Below are positions 1-8,800 of a stretch of 40,179 nucleotides of DNA, in pieces. Numbering within the stretch: the first letter of the stretch is position 1; every line of letters starts with the position of its first letter. Made by a program: the position numbers and the translations under genes. Source of the DNA: a virus. Lineage: Duplodnaviria; Caudoviricetes. The notes beneath the pieces were generated by a model that worked only from the letters and a program-made list of their open reading frames with translations, was not told the DNA's origin and did not search any database. The stretch covers positions 1 to 40,179 of IMG/VR virus record IMGVR_UViG_3300038393_001247. The stretch is one strand, 5' to 3'.

Positions 1-127
1 ACCTCCTAAATTCCTCCTAAACGATCACTCGCCGTGCAACCGCAGCCTTCACCATCAGCACGTATCCCGGATTGAAGCGCCATTCTCCTAAAGCGGGTGT
101 CGCAGGTTCGAATCCTGCCGGGGGCAC
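1..127 (+). repeat. 127-bp terminal direct repeat (copy at 40053-40179), probably the assembly overlap of a circular contig
   Basis: Exact match; it includes the integrase stop codon, so it is not a host-derived attL/attR; 127 is a common assembler k-mer. Confidence 0.9.
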
Positions 128-128
128 A
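84..128 (+). other. attP: attP core: 3' half of tRNA-Arg(CCT)
   Basis: TCTCCTAAAGCGGGTGTCGCAGGTTCGAATCCTGCCGGGGGCACA shows a CCT anticodon loop, T-arm GGTTCGAATCC and the acceptor 3' strand; no 5' half; lies just downstream of the tyrosine integrase. Confidence 0.9.
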
Positions 129-143
129 GCGTTGATCAGGGCT

Positions 144-185
144 AAGGCCCCGGAACTCCCAGGTCAGGGAGGGTCCGGGGCCTTT
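144..185 (+). terminator. Hairpin after the att core (replacement tRNA terminator)
   Basis: AAGGCCCCGGA...TCCGGGGCCTT inverted repeat followed by TT. Confidence 0.7.
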
Positions 186-253
186 CTCATGTCCGCCAGA
201 CCCGCTCTGCCTACATGCTCACTACGCCCTGGATACACGCTTACTACGTGACC

Positions 254-283
254 CGACCTCCTAAATTCCTCCTAAACGATCAC
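254..283 (+). repeat. Putative integrase arm-type sites; 30-bp direct repeat of 40051-40080
   Basis: CGACCTCCTAAATTCCTCCTAAACGATCAC occurs on both sides of the core, each copy with tandem CCTCCTAAA. Confidence 0.75.
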
Positions 284-312
284 GCCGAACACCCAGGTCA
301 CGGCAGGGATGA

Positions 313-347
313 GCAACCCCCGCGCTCCCGTAGGAGGCGGGGGTTGC
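313..347. terminator. GC-rich hairpin, putative terminator
   Basis: GCAACCCCCGC...GCGGGGGTTGC inverted repeat. Confidence 0.55.
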
Positions 348-483
348 CCGGTGTGCCGGGGTCACCGAGAGGGGGGCCCCAATGTCAGTGACACCCGGCA
401 CGATCAGGGGTGATGCGTGTCTATTCCAGTAACCCGACCTCAGGTCTATCAGTCCAGGTCAGCGCGCAGAATCACCCATTCGT

Positions 484-499
484 GTGAACGTGCGTTCGA
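484..499. promoter_or_regulatory. LexA (SOS) box-like site
   Basis: GTGAAC-GTGC-GTTCGA versus actinobacterial consensus TCGAAC-N4-GTTCGA. Confidence 0.55.
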
Positions 500-700
500 T
501 TACTCGACAATACCTGTAGCCCTGCGGCATATGCCAGGGCGCCGCAGGGCTGCCCGGTATGGACTCGCGCCCGGTCACCCGAAAAGGCTTCCACCTGCTC
601 CACGTCACACGGCGGCCCGTCCGTCGCTCCACGTCAAGATCACAAAAGGCCGGTTGTCACCAGGCTGACTTGCGATCGTGTCGATCAGAGCGTTTGTCGG

Positions 701-940
701 GTGCCCCGCGACCTACCCCACGATGACGACTGGCTCCTACGCGAACGACGCCGCATCGGCAGGCGCATCAGGGACGCACGCATAGACCACGACCTCACTC
801 AGGAGCGCGTGTTCCTCGCCGTCCCGCTCAACCGGGCGTTCTATCAGGAGATCGAGGCGGGGCAGGCTAACCCGACGTTGGAGACGCTGCTGCGTATCGC
901 TCGCGTGATCGGCGTACCCATCTCTGACCTCCTCAGGTAA
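701..940 (+). CDS. XRE-family HTH transcriptional regulator
   Basis: IRDARIDHDLTQE...YQEIEAGQANPTLETLLRIARVIGV is an HTH_3 pattern. Confidence 0.85.
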   Translation: MPRDLPHDDDWLLRERRRIGRRIRDARIDHDLTQERVFLAVPLNRAFYQEIEAGQANPTLETLLRIARVIGVPISDLLR

Positions 941-1051
941 GCGCTGTAGAGCCTGTAGTGAACACTGCGTACCGTGGGTAAGGGAACGCTTACTGTGCAT
1001 ATATCTGCACTGCTCACACACATCACACCCACATTCGCCACCCTGTGAAGC

Positions 1052-1090
1052 AACCCGCCGCCGGCGCCAGCGGAGCGACCGGCGGCGGGT
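1052..1090. terminator. Hairpin between convergent genes
   Basis: ACCCGCCGCCGG...CCGGCGGCGGGT. Confidence 0.6.
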
Positions 1091-1178
1091 CCGCAGCCAC
1101 CTTGCACGGGGGTGGACAAGGCAGCCGCGCCTTCATCCCGGCACCGACCCGATCGGCGTGCAGGCCGGTGCCGGGGGC

Positions 1179-1364
1179 CTAGTCGTACTCCGCGCCACCG
1201 CGGTTGTAGTAGTCCTTGTGCCGCGTCCCGGGGTAATGGCCAGGCAACCGGGTGCAGTGGGCACCGCCGCTCGGGTGCTCCACCCAGCAGTAGCCGCCCG
1301 CCCGGCCCGCCGATCCCGCAGCCCTGCGCTCGCGCTCGGCCTGGGATGTGGTGTCGCTCTTCAC
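1179..1364 (-). CDS. Small Cys/His protein (61 aa)
   Basis: GTGA overlap with upstream gene; YCWVEHPSGGAHCTRLPGH motif. Confidence 0.6.
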   Translation of the reverse strand: MKSDTTSQAERERRAAGSAGRAGGYCWVEHPSGGAHCTRLPGHYPGTRHKDYYNRGGAEYD

Positions 1365-1603
1365 GCTGTACCTCCAGACGTCGCGGGCCGCGAACGCTCC
1401 GAGCGACGGGGCCTCTGCGGGCAGCGGGGGCCACACTCGAACACCTCGACGTCCAAGACGTGCGCCCCATCGCGACCGCGGGCTATGCCTGCAGATCGGG
1501 CGGCTATGTAGCGGAGGGATGTTCCGCACCAACAGCACGCCCACCCGTCGTGCTGCGCCCGGTTCAACTCCGTCACGGGCGGCGGCTTCGGCTTCCAGGT
1601 CAT
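1361..1603 (-). CDS. Small Cys-rich (Zn-binding) hypothetical protein
   Basis: MTWKPKPPP...GWACCWCG...FECGPRC; coupled to a 19-codon upstream ORF (1600-1659) that has a GGAG RBS. Confidence 0.65.
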   Translation of the reverse strand: MTWKPKPPPVTELNRAQHDGWACCWCGTSLRYIAARSAGIARGRDGAHVLDVEVFECGPRCPQRPRRSERSRPATSGGTA

Positions 1604-1802
1604 GGCCGGCTGGCGAGAGGGGTGTTGGTCCCGGCCGAGGGGTGCGTAGTCTCGTGCATGTCGACTCCAGTCAGTCGGCCAGCCCCGGACCGTTCGCGCG
1701 GTTGCGGGGCCTTCACATGCAGTGACCATACCGCGCCTTACCGCACCTTGCCGAGGGTTCCCGCGGTCGCGCGGCATGGCGCGGCTGCCTACGTTCGGGC
1801 CC

Positions 1803-2048
1803 ATGAGCGCTGATCTTGATCGGACGCGGGCCGTGTGGCGGCAGGTGGCGCAGATCGTCATCAGCCGTATCAAGGACGGCACCTACCCGCCCGGATCACG
1901 GGTGCCATCAACGCTGGAGCTCGCGACTGAGCTGGGCATCGCATCTTCGACGAGCCAGAAGGCCCTCGCCCATCTGCGCCGTGAGGGCTGGCTGAGGGGC
2001 GAGACGGGCATCGGGACATTCGTCGTCGACAGGCCGCCCATCGAGTGA
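1803..2048 (+). CDS. Stand-alone GntR-family winged-HTH regulator
   Basis: WRQVAQIVISRIKDGTYPPGSRVPSTLELATELG...LRREGWL...GIGTFV. Confidence 0.9.
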   Translation: MSADLDRTRAVWRQVAQIVISRIKDGTYPPGSRVPSTLELATELGIASSTSQKALAHLRREGWLRGETGIGTFVVDRPPIE

Positions 2049-2065
2049 TCCCGGACATGACGAAA

Positions 2066-2089
2066 CGCCCCCTCCCAAAGGAGGGGGCG
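2066..2089. terminator. Probable bidirectional terminator ending the late operon and the GntR gene
   Basis: CGCCCCCTCC-CAAA-GGAGGGGGCG between convergent stops; AAA on its left gives a U tail on the minus strand. Confidence 0.75.
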
Positions 2090-2092
2090 CTG

Positions 2093-2746
2093 TCACGCGT
2101 ACTGGCGGCGCTGCGGGTCGAGGCCCGCGGACAGCAGGCCGCCGCTGTTGCCGTTGCCGGGCTGGTCGGGTTGCGTGGAGCCGTCCTTGCGGCAGACCAG
2201 CGCATCCGGATCCCAGGTGGGGGCCTCGAGGTGGTAGCCGTCCGGGCACGTCTGCCCATCCCGGCCGTCCTCGCCCGCCGGACCAGGCTCGCCCTGCGGA
2301 CCAGCAGGCCCCGGCTCGCCCTGAGGCCCTGCCGGCCCCGTCGGTCCGACAGCGCCCGGCTCGCCAGTGGCACCCGGGCTGCCGTCGGCACCGGCCTTCC
2401 CGGGCGAGCCGGACGGGCCCGGACTCCCAGCGGGACCAGGCGGACCAGGAATCGGCACCGGCACCTCCGCCCTAGCGGGGAGATCCTCCACGGCCTTTGT
2501 CGGGTCCGGCGCCACCGGCGTATCTCCCGCCGCCTCCACCTGCGCCCGCAGCGCGCGCACGTCACCCGCCAGCGTCGACACCGCGTCCCCCCTCAGGTCG
2601 GCCTCGTGCGCCAGCTCGCCGTACAGGCGGTCCCGTTCCACGACGAGCCAGCCCACCGCCAGCACGCCGCCCACGAACAGCAGCACAGCCAGCGCCCACA
2701 GCGCCCGGGCCCGACGCGCCGCACGCCGCTGCTGCACCCGCGTCAC
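2093..2746 (-). CDS. Membrane-anchored collagen-like protein of the lysis cassette
   Basis: N-terminal TM helix, coiled coil, about 20 Gly-X-Y triplets, C-terminal CPDGY...C. Confidence 0.85.
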   Translation of the reverse strand: MTRVQQRRAARRARALWALAVLLFVGGVLAVGWLVVERDRLYGELAHEADLRGDAVSTLAGDVRALRAQVEAAGDTPVAPDPTKAVEDLPARAEVPVPIPGPPGPAGSPGPSGSPGKAGADGSPGATGEPGAVGPTGPAGPQGEPGPAGPQGEPGPAGEDGRDGQTCPDGYHLEAPTWDPDALVCRKDGSTQPDQPGNGNSGGLLSAGLDPQRRQYA

Positions 2747-3009
2747 GGTGTGCCCCCCAACTGTTGCACCATCAGCCGCAGACGGGCCGTCTCCGCTTTC
2801 TCCGCGGCCAGCTCGGCGCGCACCGTTGCCAGCTCGGTGCGTAGTTCCTTGCGCTCCTCCTGGAGCTCATTGGTCAGGCTGCTGAATCCCGTCACCGCGT
2901 TGCCCTCCTGGGCCGTTCGGTTCGCGCCCCGACCGGTGAACATGGCCGCCGCCGCAGACCCGGCCCCCGCGATCAGAGCAGCAAGGGCCGTGACCATGGC
3001 GGCGTCCAT
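2743..3009 (-). CDS. Membrane/coiled-coil lysis accessory protein
   Basis: [19 protein letters not shown] segment followed by coiled coil; GGAGG RBS; GTGA coupling. Confidence 0.8.
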   Translation of the reverse strand: MDAAMVTALAALIAGAGSAAAAMFTGRGANRTAQEGNAVTGFSSLTNELQEERKELRTELATVRAELAAEKAETARLRLMVQQLGGTP

Positions 3010-3040
3010 ACCACCTCCCGTGCGCGTACCGAGGGCAGGA

Positions 3041-3307
3041 TCAGACGCCCGAGGCCGTCGAGGCGGAGTTCCGTAGGCCCACCCAGCGGGCACCGAGGCC
3101 CTTCACCAGCGACACCACCGCGGCAACGCCGCCCGTACCGGCGGCCTGCCAGAAGTTCGCGTGGAACATGTCGGCAGGGCCAGCCGCGACGACGACAGCG
3201 GCAGTGCCGCCGAGGAACGACCAGATGACTCTCTCGGCGAGGTCACGGCCGTAGGTCTTGGCGGTCTTCACGACGGTGTTCACGTCGGGCAAGGAAGCGT
3301 TGGACAT
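3041..3307 (-). CDS. Holin (r1t-like)
   Basis: RDLAERVIWSF...W...VVSLVKG two-TM pattern, directly after the endolysin. Confidence 0.8.
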   Translation of the reverse strand: MSNASLPDVNTVVKTAKTYGRDLAERVIWSFLGGTAAVVVAAGPADMFHANFWQAAGTGGVAAVVSLVKGLGARWVGLRNSASTASGV

Positions 3308-3319
3308 GGTCTGGTCCTC

Positions 3320-4159
3320 TCAGTTGGTGAGCGCGTCGCCGAGCTCGGCGAGCGCGGCCCGGGCGCCGGCCTCGGCGGCGGCGGTGACTTCGGCCGCGTC
3401 GAGGCCGCCCCCGGCGGCGAGTGCCTGCACTGCGGCGGTGAGCGCGGCGAGGCGGGCGATCAGGTCGGCGTGGTGCTGGTCGCCCCACCGCAGGAACGTC
3501 CCGGCGGTGCGCAGCGGGCTCGCGCCTGCCGGGGCGGTCGGCGATGCGAGCGGCTTCGCCCACACGGCATCGGCCACCTTCTGTACGTCGGCGTCGGTCA
3601 GGGCCATGTCGTCCTCCTCGGGGGCGGGTTGGCCGGTGGCGCGGGCGACGATGCCCGGGAACACGACCTGCTTGAACTGGGCGACGCGGGCGTCTCCAGG
3701 GCATTCGGTGCCGCCCTTGGACCACTCGGGATAGAGCCGGTGGTAGCCGTAGCCGGGGTCGTCGTGGGCGCGGCAGATCCGCAGGGGGATGCCGTGCTGC
3801 TGGTGCAGCCACACGCCAAGCCGGATCAGCGCCTCGATCTGCTCCGGGGTCCACGGGTCGGTGTGGTGCAGGTTGGACGCGGTCTCGATTGACACTGCGC
3901 CGCTGCCGTCGGGCCGTAGGTTCGCGAGGTAGTTGGCGTCGGCCCGTGTCTGTGTGCCGATGAACTGGCCGAGGCTGCCGTCGTAGTCGAGGCCGAAGTG
4001 CGACTCGAGGTTGGTGCTGTCGCGCCAGTACTCGTAGATGCGCTTCTCGTCCCACGGGGCGGCGATGCTGTGCATGATGAACTGCGTCGGCCGGATCGCG
4101 GGTTGGGCGTCCGACTCGGGCTGCAGCTCCATCTTCTTGGCGCCCGGGTACCAGGCCAT
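3320..4159 (-). CDS. Endolysin, N-acetylmuramoyl-L-alanine amidase (Amidase_2)
   Basis: IMHSIA, ESHF, SIET, GYHR...TECPG zinc-amidase motifs; start MAWYPGA. Confidence 0.9.
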   Translation of the reverse strand: MAWYPGAKKMELQPESDAQPAIRPTQFIMHSIAAPWDEKRIYEYWRDSTNLESHFGLDYDGSLGQFIGTQTRADANYLANLRPDGSGAVSIETASNLHHTDPWTPEQIEALIRLGVWLHQQHGIPLRICRAHDDPGYGYHRLYPEWSKGGTECPGDARVAQFKQVVFPGIVARATGQPAPEEDDMALTDADVQKVADAVWAKPLASPTAPAGASPLRTAGTFLRWGDQHHADLIARLAALTAAVQALAAGGGLDAAEVTAAAEAGARAALAELGDALTN

Positions 4160-4185
4160 GCGAGCCCCCTTCTGGGCGGTACAGG

Positions 4186-5286
4186 TCAGCTGCAGGGGTA
4201 GCTGACGGGTGGTATCCAGCGATGCCCGTCGCCGGGGCTGCCGGTGGTGGGCGCGTAGGACAGCGGCGACAGCAGCACGTCGGCGTTGGTCTCGTTGCGG
4301 GTGCCCTGCCACATGTCTGCGCCCTGGTAGGGGATGCCGTTCACGACGCTGACGGTGCGGGCCTGGCCGCCGCAGCCGAGGCTCATGTCGCGGCGGCCCC
4401 CAGGCGGTGCGGACCAGCCCACGTTGCCGGGCGCGGCCCACGGGCCGGTCAGGGACGGCGCGGTCGCGTATCCGCTGGGCGTGCCGGCGCAGTAGCCGCA
4501 CCGCTCGGAGTACGTCATCACCCACGTGCCGGTCGCGGTGTCCTGCCAGGCGCCGACGCCCTCGACACCAGAGAGGCCGGCCAGGGCGGTCGACCCTTGT
4601 CCGGTGCCGTTCGCCCAGTTCCAGTCCAAGCGCTCGACAGCGAGCGTGCCGCCGTAGCTACAGATGATCGCCGCACCGGTGCCGCCCTCGGGGACGATGG
4701 CAAAGTCCCCGTTCTCGCCCGCGCACTGGGTGAGCCGCGGCTTGTACGTGGACCCGTGCGGGCCGCCCGCACCCGCGCCACACGGGCCCGCGGGCCCGTT
4801 GCAGCCCATCAGCCAGTAGGCGTGCGTGGACGTCGAGGTGCGGGAGTCCGGCATGTTGAACCAGAGGATCCACACGCCGTCGTGCCGCTTCACCAGGCGG
4901 GGGTTGAAGCACCCGTGCCCGTTGATCTCCCCACACTCGCTCGCGAAGGTGCGACCGCTGTACGGGTCCACCTCGGTCGGCGGAAACAGAAGGTCAGGCG
5001 TCGACCACGGGCCCTCCAACGTCGGTGCGGTGCTCACGCCGAAACCACACCAGGGCGATGCGACGTACCACTGGTACCCGCACGCGTACTGCGTGCCGAT
5101 CAGGTAGTAGACGCCGCCATCCTCGTACACCATGCCGTCGTGCAGGTCGACACCATCGATGACGACCGGCGCAGGCACAGACACACTCTCAGGGACAGCC
5201 GGACCACCGGCGCCCAGCAGCGCGGCCGCGGCGAGGACGAGAGCAGCCAGGGCAGCACGGACGCGACCCACAAGGCCTCCAGACAT
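4186..5286 (-). CDS. Secreted GH43-like five-bladed beta-propeller glycoside hydrolase
   Basis: Signal peptide; LHDG..YYLIGT, FNPRL..WILWFN, GDF, VEG, YSERCGY, SLTGPW, GGQ and YQGADMW motifs resemble GH43_24-type enzymes. Confidence 0.65.
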   Translation of the reverse strand: MSGGLVGRVRAALAALVLAAAALLGAGGPAVPESVSVPAPVVIDGVDLHDGMVYEDGGVYYLIGTQYACGYQWYVASPWCGFGVSTAPTLEGPWSTPDLLFPPTEVDPYSGRTFASECGEINGHGCFNPRLVKRHDGVWILWFNMPDSRTSTSTHAYWLMGCNGPAGPCGAGAGGPHGSTYKPRLTQCAGENGDFAIVPEGGTGAAIICSYGGTLAVERLDWNWANGTGQGSTALAGLSGVEGVGAWQDTATGTWVMTYSERCGYCAGTPSGYATAPSLTGPWAAPGNVGWSAPPGGRRDMSLGCGGQARTVSVVNGIPYQGADMWQGTRNETNADVLLSPLSYAPTTGSPGDGHRWIPPVSYPCS

Positions 5287-5327
5287 GGGAAAAGCCCCGA
5301 CCAGCGGGGCGAACAGGGGCGGGGGGG

Positions 5328-5837
5328 TCAGGAGGTGCGGCGCAGGTGCAGCCAGGAGCCAGCCTTGACGATCGTGGCCGTGCCGTTGCTGGCGACCTGC
5401 GCCCACTGCAACGCGAAATTCCCCGCCGTAGATGACACCGTCAGCGTGCCGAACGGCATGGCGGCCATGTTCGTGCCCAAGTTGCTCGGCAGCTGCCGGG
5501 TCAGGCTGATGGGCTGTGCGGTGACGTCCTGAGTGGTCGTCTGCGTCGGCCCGCTTGTGCCCCCGGACGTCCACGTCAGCGTGGCGCCCGACGGCGCCGA
5601 CCAGCCGATCGTGATACCGGTCGTCGAGCTAGCCGCCAGGTTCTGGCTGTAGACGATGTAGGCGGTCAGCTCGTAGACGGCGTTCGCCTCCACCGGCAGC
5701 AACAGATCACCGTCGTTGGTCATGGTGGTCGTCGATGCGCGGGGCTCATCGGAGGGCTTCTGCACAGCGAGCGGCAGCATCGAGGTCAGCAGCCCCGCAG
5801 TGATTGTCGTCCCCGGAGAGATTGTGGGATACGGCAT
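5328..5837 (-). CDS. Minor tail / fiber-associated protein
   Basis: Follows the large tail protein; GTTITAGLLTSM start and LQWAQ C-terminus typical of actinophage tail proteins. Confidence 0.7.
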   Translation of the reverse strand: MPYPTISPGTTITAGLLTSMLPLAVQKPSDEPRASTTTMTNDGDLLLPVEANAVYELTAYIVYSQNLAASSTTGITIGWSAPSGATLTWTSGGTSGPTQTTTQDVTAQPISLTRQLPSNLGTNMAAMPFGTLTVSSTAGNFALQWAQVASNGTATIVKAGSWLHLRRTS

Positions 5838-5846
5838 TTGGTCTCC

Positions 5847-8800
5847 CTACAGAGCGACGGGGGCGGGTTGATCGACGGTCACCGGGGTGCCCGCGGAATG
5901 GGCTTTTACGATGCCGTTCACGCTCCTGGTCACCGTGAATTTCTGCGGGTTCACGACCTCGAGGTTGTCGTAGCGGACCGCAGGGTTGACGTTCGTATTT
6001 CCGCTCGCAGCCAGTGAGCGGGTGCCGATGAATGAGGACGTCGAAAGCGCCGTGTCGGTGACGTCTACGTGCCACGCCGTCGGCTCCACGTCGGTCGGCA
6101 GCCATGCCCGCGCCCGTAGTGACGTCCCGGACACTGCGAACCGGACGCGCACGAACGTCCCTGCGACGTGCGTGTACCTGGTTGTGTACGAGCCGAGTGA
6201 CGTCTGCACCGCGCCGACCCGTTTCTGAATCGTCAGAATGATGGCGTTGCCGGTGGTGAATTCCAGCTGCGCCAAATACAGGTTGTCCGAGTCGGTGTAA
6301 CGGCCGGTCAAATTGCCGACCAGGCTCGCCCCGGTAGCGAGAGCACTCGTGGTGATGCTGCCGCAATACTCGAAATCGGGGACCGTGAAATCCGTGAACG
6401 TGCGGCGCGATGCCGCCGTGGTGGAACAGATGTGGCTGCCGTAGCCGCTGCCCACCGCGTAATCGCTCGCGACGCCGCCGCCGGTCGACCACACCTGGCT
6501 GGAGTCGGCGGTGCCCCACCCGTTGGACACGCTCCGGCCGAGCGCATCGGACAGCCACGAGGCGCAGGCCGTCGCCGTCCACACTTCGCCGCCCACCCGC
6601 AGATCGAACGGGTACTGCGCGCCGGACGTGTTCCATGGCAGGCCGGACGTCGTCAGCACTACCGGGGCAGTCGCAGTACTCGTGAGCGCGGTCGTGAGCT
6701 GACACCCGTCCGTGTCCGCTTTCCCGAGGACCGCGTCATCGGTCACGCCTACCGACCACGGGCCGGCGGGGGTGCAGTTGAAGTAGATGTCCCATGCGTA
6801 TTGGTCGAAGGACTCGGTGTAGCCCTGCACGATCAGGTCGACGTCGCCCGGGGGCAGCCATGCGGGCAGGTTGGTGATGCGGATGAGGTCGCCCTGGTCG
6901 ACGCCGAGGATGGTGTCGATGAGGTGCGGGGCGGCGGCCAGGTCGACGTGCACGACCGGGTAGCGGGGGGCGTCCCAGGTGCCCAGGTGCAGGCGCCATG
7001 CGGCGATCGGCTCGGCCTGGGCGTCGTCGGCGAGGGACAGCTGCACCGAAGTGTCGTAGCGGCCGATGCCGTTCGGCGGGGCCTGCACCGACAGCGGCCC
7101 GTCTTCGAGGACGACCCGCGCGGACGAGCCGTCGATGCGCTGCACGGTGACGTCGTTGACGACGTCCGCGTCGTCGTCGAGGGGCTCCAGCGGTGGGGCG
7201 ACCTCGCCGTCGGCCGTGTAGTTGAGGGTCAGCGACGGCGTCTGGTTGTAGAGGGTGGCGCGGCCGCGGTAGCGCAGCGCGGGCCGTGCCCGGTGCTCCA
7301 TGAGGATGCCGCCGTCGGAGGCGGCGCCCTCGGCGAGCAGCTCGAGCAGGGCCTGCTGACGCTGGGCGCCCATCTTCTCCTGCTCGGCGATGATGCCCCG
7401 CACGGTCAGCGGGACGTTCTCTTCCATGGCCAGCCGCAGCAGCCGCTCGCCCGCTTCCTCTCCGAAGTAGCCGTCGTCGGCGCCGTCCATGACGAGGGTG
7501 TTCGTGGCCTGGAAGACGGCCAGGTGCCCGAACACCGTGCCTTCCAGGCCGGCGCCGAACGCCGAGGACACCTTGGTGACTCGCCCCACCGTTCCGGCGA
7601 ACGAACTTGACTGGAAGACGCCGGTGGCGGAGATGTTCACCCAGGCGACGTCGACTTGGACGTTGCCCCCGTTCTGCCGGGCGTACAGGCGCACACGGTT
7701 CTTGCTGCCGAAGAAGTTCGGTGAGCTGCCCGCCGTGGAGTTGATGAACATCAGCTGCGTGCCGTCGGCGTCGAAGGCCTTGACCTGCACGTTGTTCGTC
7801 TGGACCTGGACGGTGTAGCGGACTGCGGTGCCGGTGGCGGCCACCTCGAAGAACGTGGCGAGCGAGGTCGGGGCGGTCGGGACGTAGTAGACCATCTCGA
7901 CCTGCCACGGCCCGGTGCCCGACGCCGGCGCGGGCACCTGTGCCGTCATTGTCGCGCCGGTCTGCACGACGGGCAGGGCGGCCGAGCTGGCGAAGGAGGT
8001 GTCGCTGGCCATCTGCAGGCCCGTGAATTTCAGCGGCTGCACGCCGGGGATGGGGCTGTAGGCCTGGGTGGCGCCGGAGTCGTCCTCCATCGGCCAGTAG
8101 GCGAGTAGCGTCGGGTCGGAGGGGATGCGGCGACGCAGTGTGGAGTCGAGCGACTTGCTGGCAGCCCCGTAGCGGCGCAGGATGCCGGCCGCTTCGACGG
8201 GCACCCAACGGTCCTTGCCGGAGACGTCCCAGCGGGGCGGCCAGGCGGAGATCTCGCCGACGAACCGGTCCTCGCGCTTGCGCACGTCCGCGGTTCCGTT
8301 GACGGTCCACACACGGCCGACGGAGTCGGTGAAGCCGGTCGCGCCGTCGGCGAGGGGCCGGAAGTCGGCGTCGGCGACGAGGGTGCCGTCGATGCCGGAG
8401 CGGATCTGGAAGCGGGTGCCAGAGCCGATGTACGGCACGCGCGGCGGCGTGAGGGTGGAGTCGGGGACGCCGATACGCACCGGGCTGGTGGTCGACTGGA
8501 TGCTCGTCGTGCCGGTGCCGACCATGTCGGTGAACAGCTGGGTCCAAGGCCCGGTGATCGAGTCGCCCTGATAGAAGCGGATGGTGTGCCCACTGGCGCC
8601 GTTGTCGACGTCGAGGGTGACCCGCAGGACGGGGGCACCGATGAGCTCGACGCCGATGAACCAGCCGTGAGCGACCGCGCCCGAGTCGAGCCAGTTCAGG
8701 GTGAGGCCGCCATCGTGGTAGCGCAGCACCCAGGCGCGTTCGGCGGTGGTCTCGCCCCACTTGCCGATGATGCCGTAGCTGCCGGCGGTCAGCGTCATGT

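Noticed and set aside
55-130. Complete tRNA gene
   Set aside because: Only anticodon loop to acceptor 3' strand is present; no D-arm or matching 5' acceptor strand
158-460. Recurrent CAGGTCA motif in intergenic regions (also near 21425, 22650, 23168 and 37630)
   Set aside because: Short and common in Streptomyces DNA; enrichment cannot be shown without counting
737-1021. Minus-strand ORF over the AT-rich stretch after the XRE gene
   Set aside because: Overlaps the XRE gene in antisense, with no clear RBS or motif
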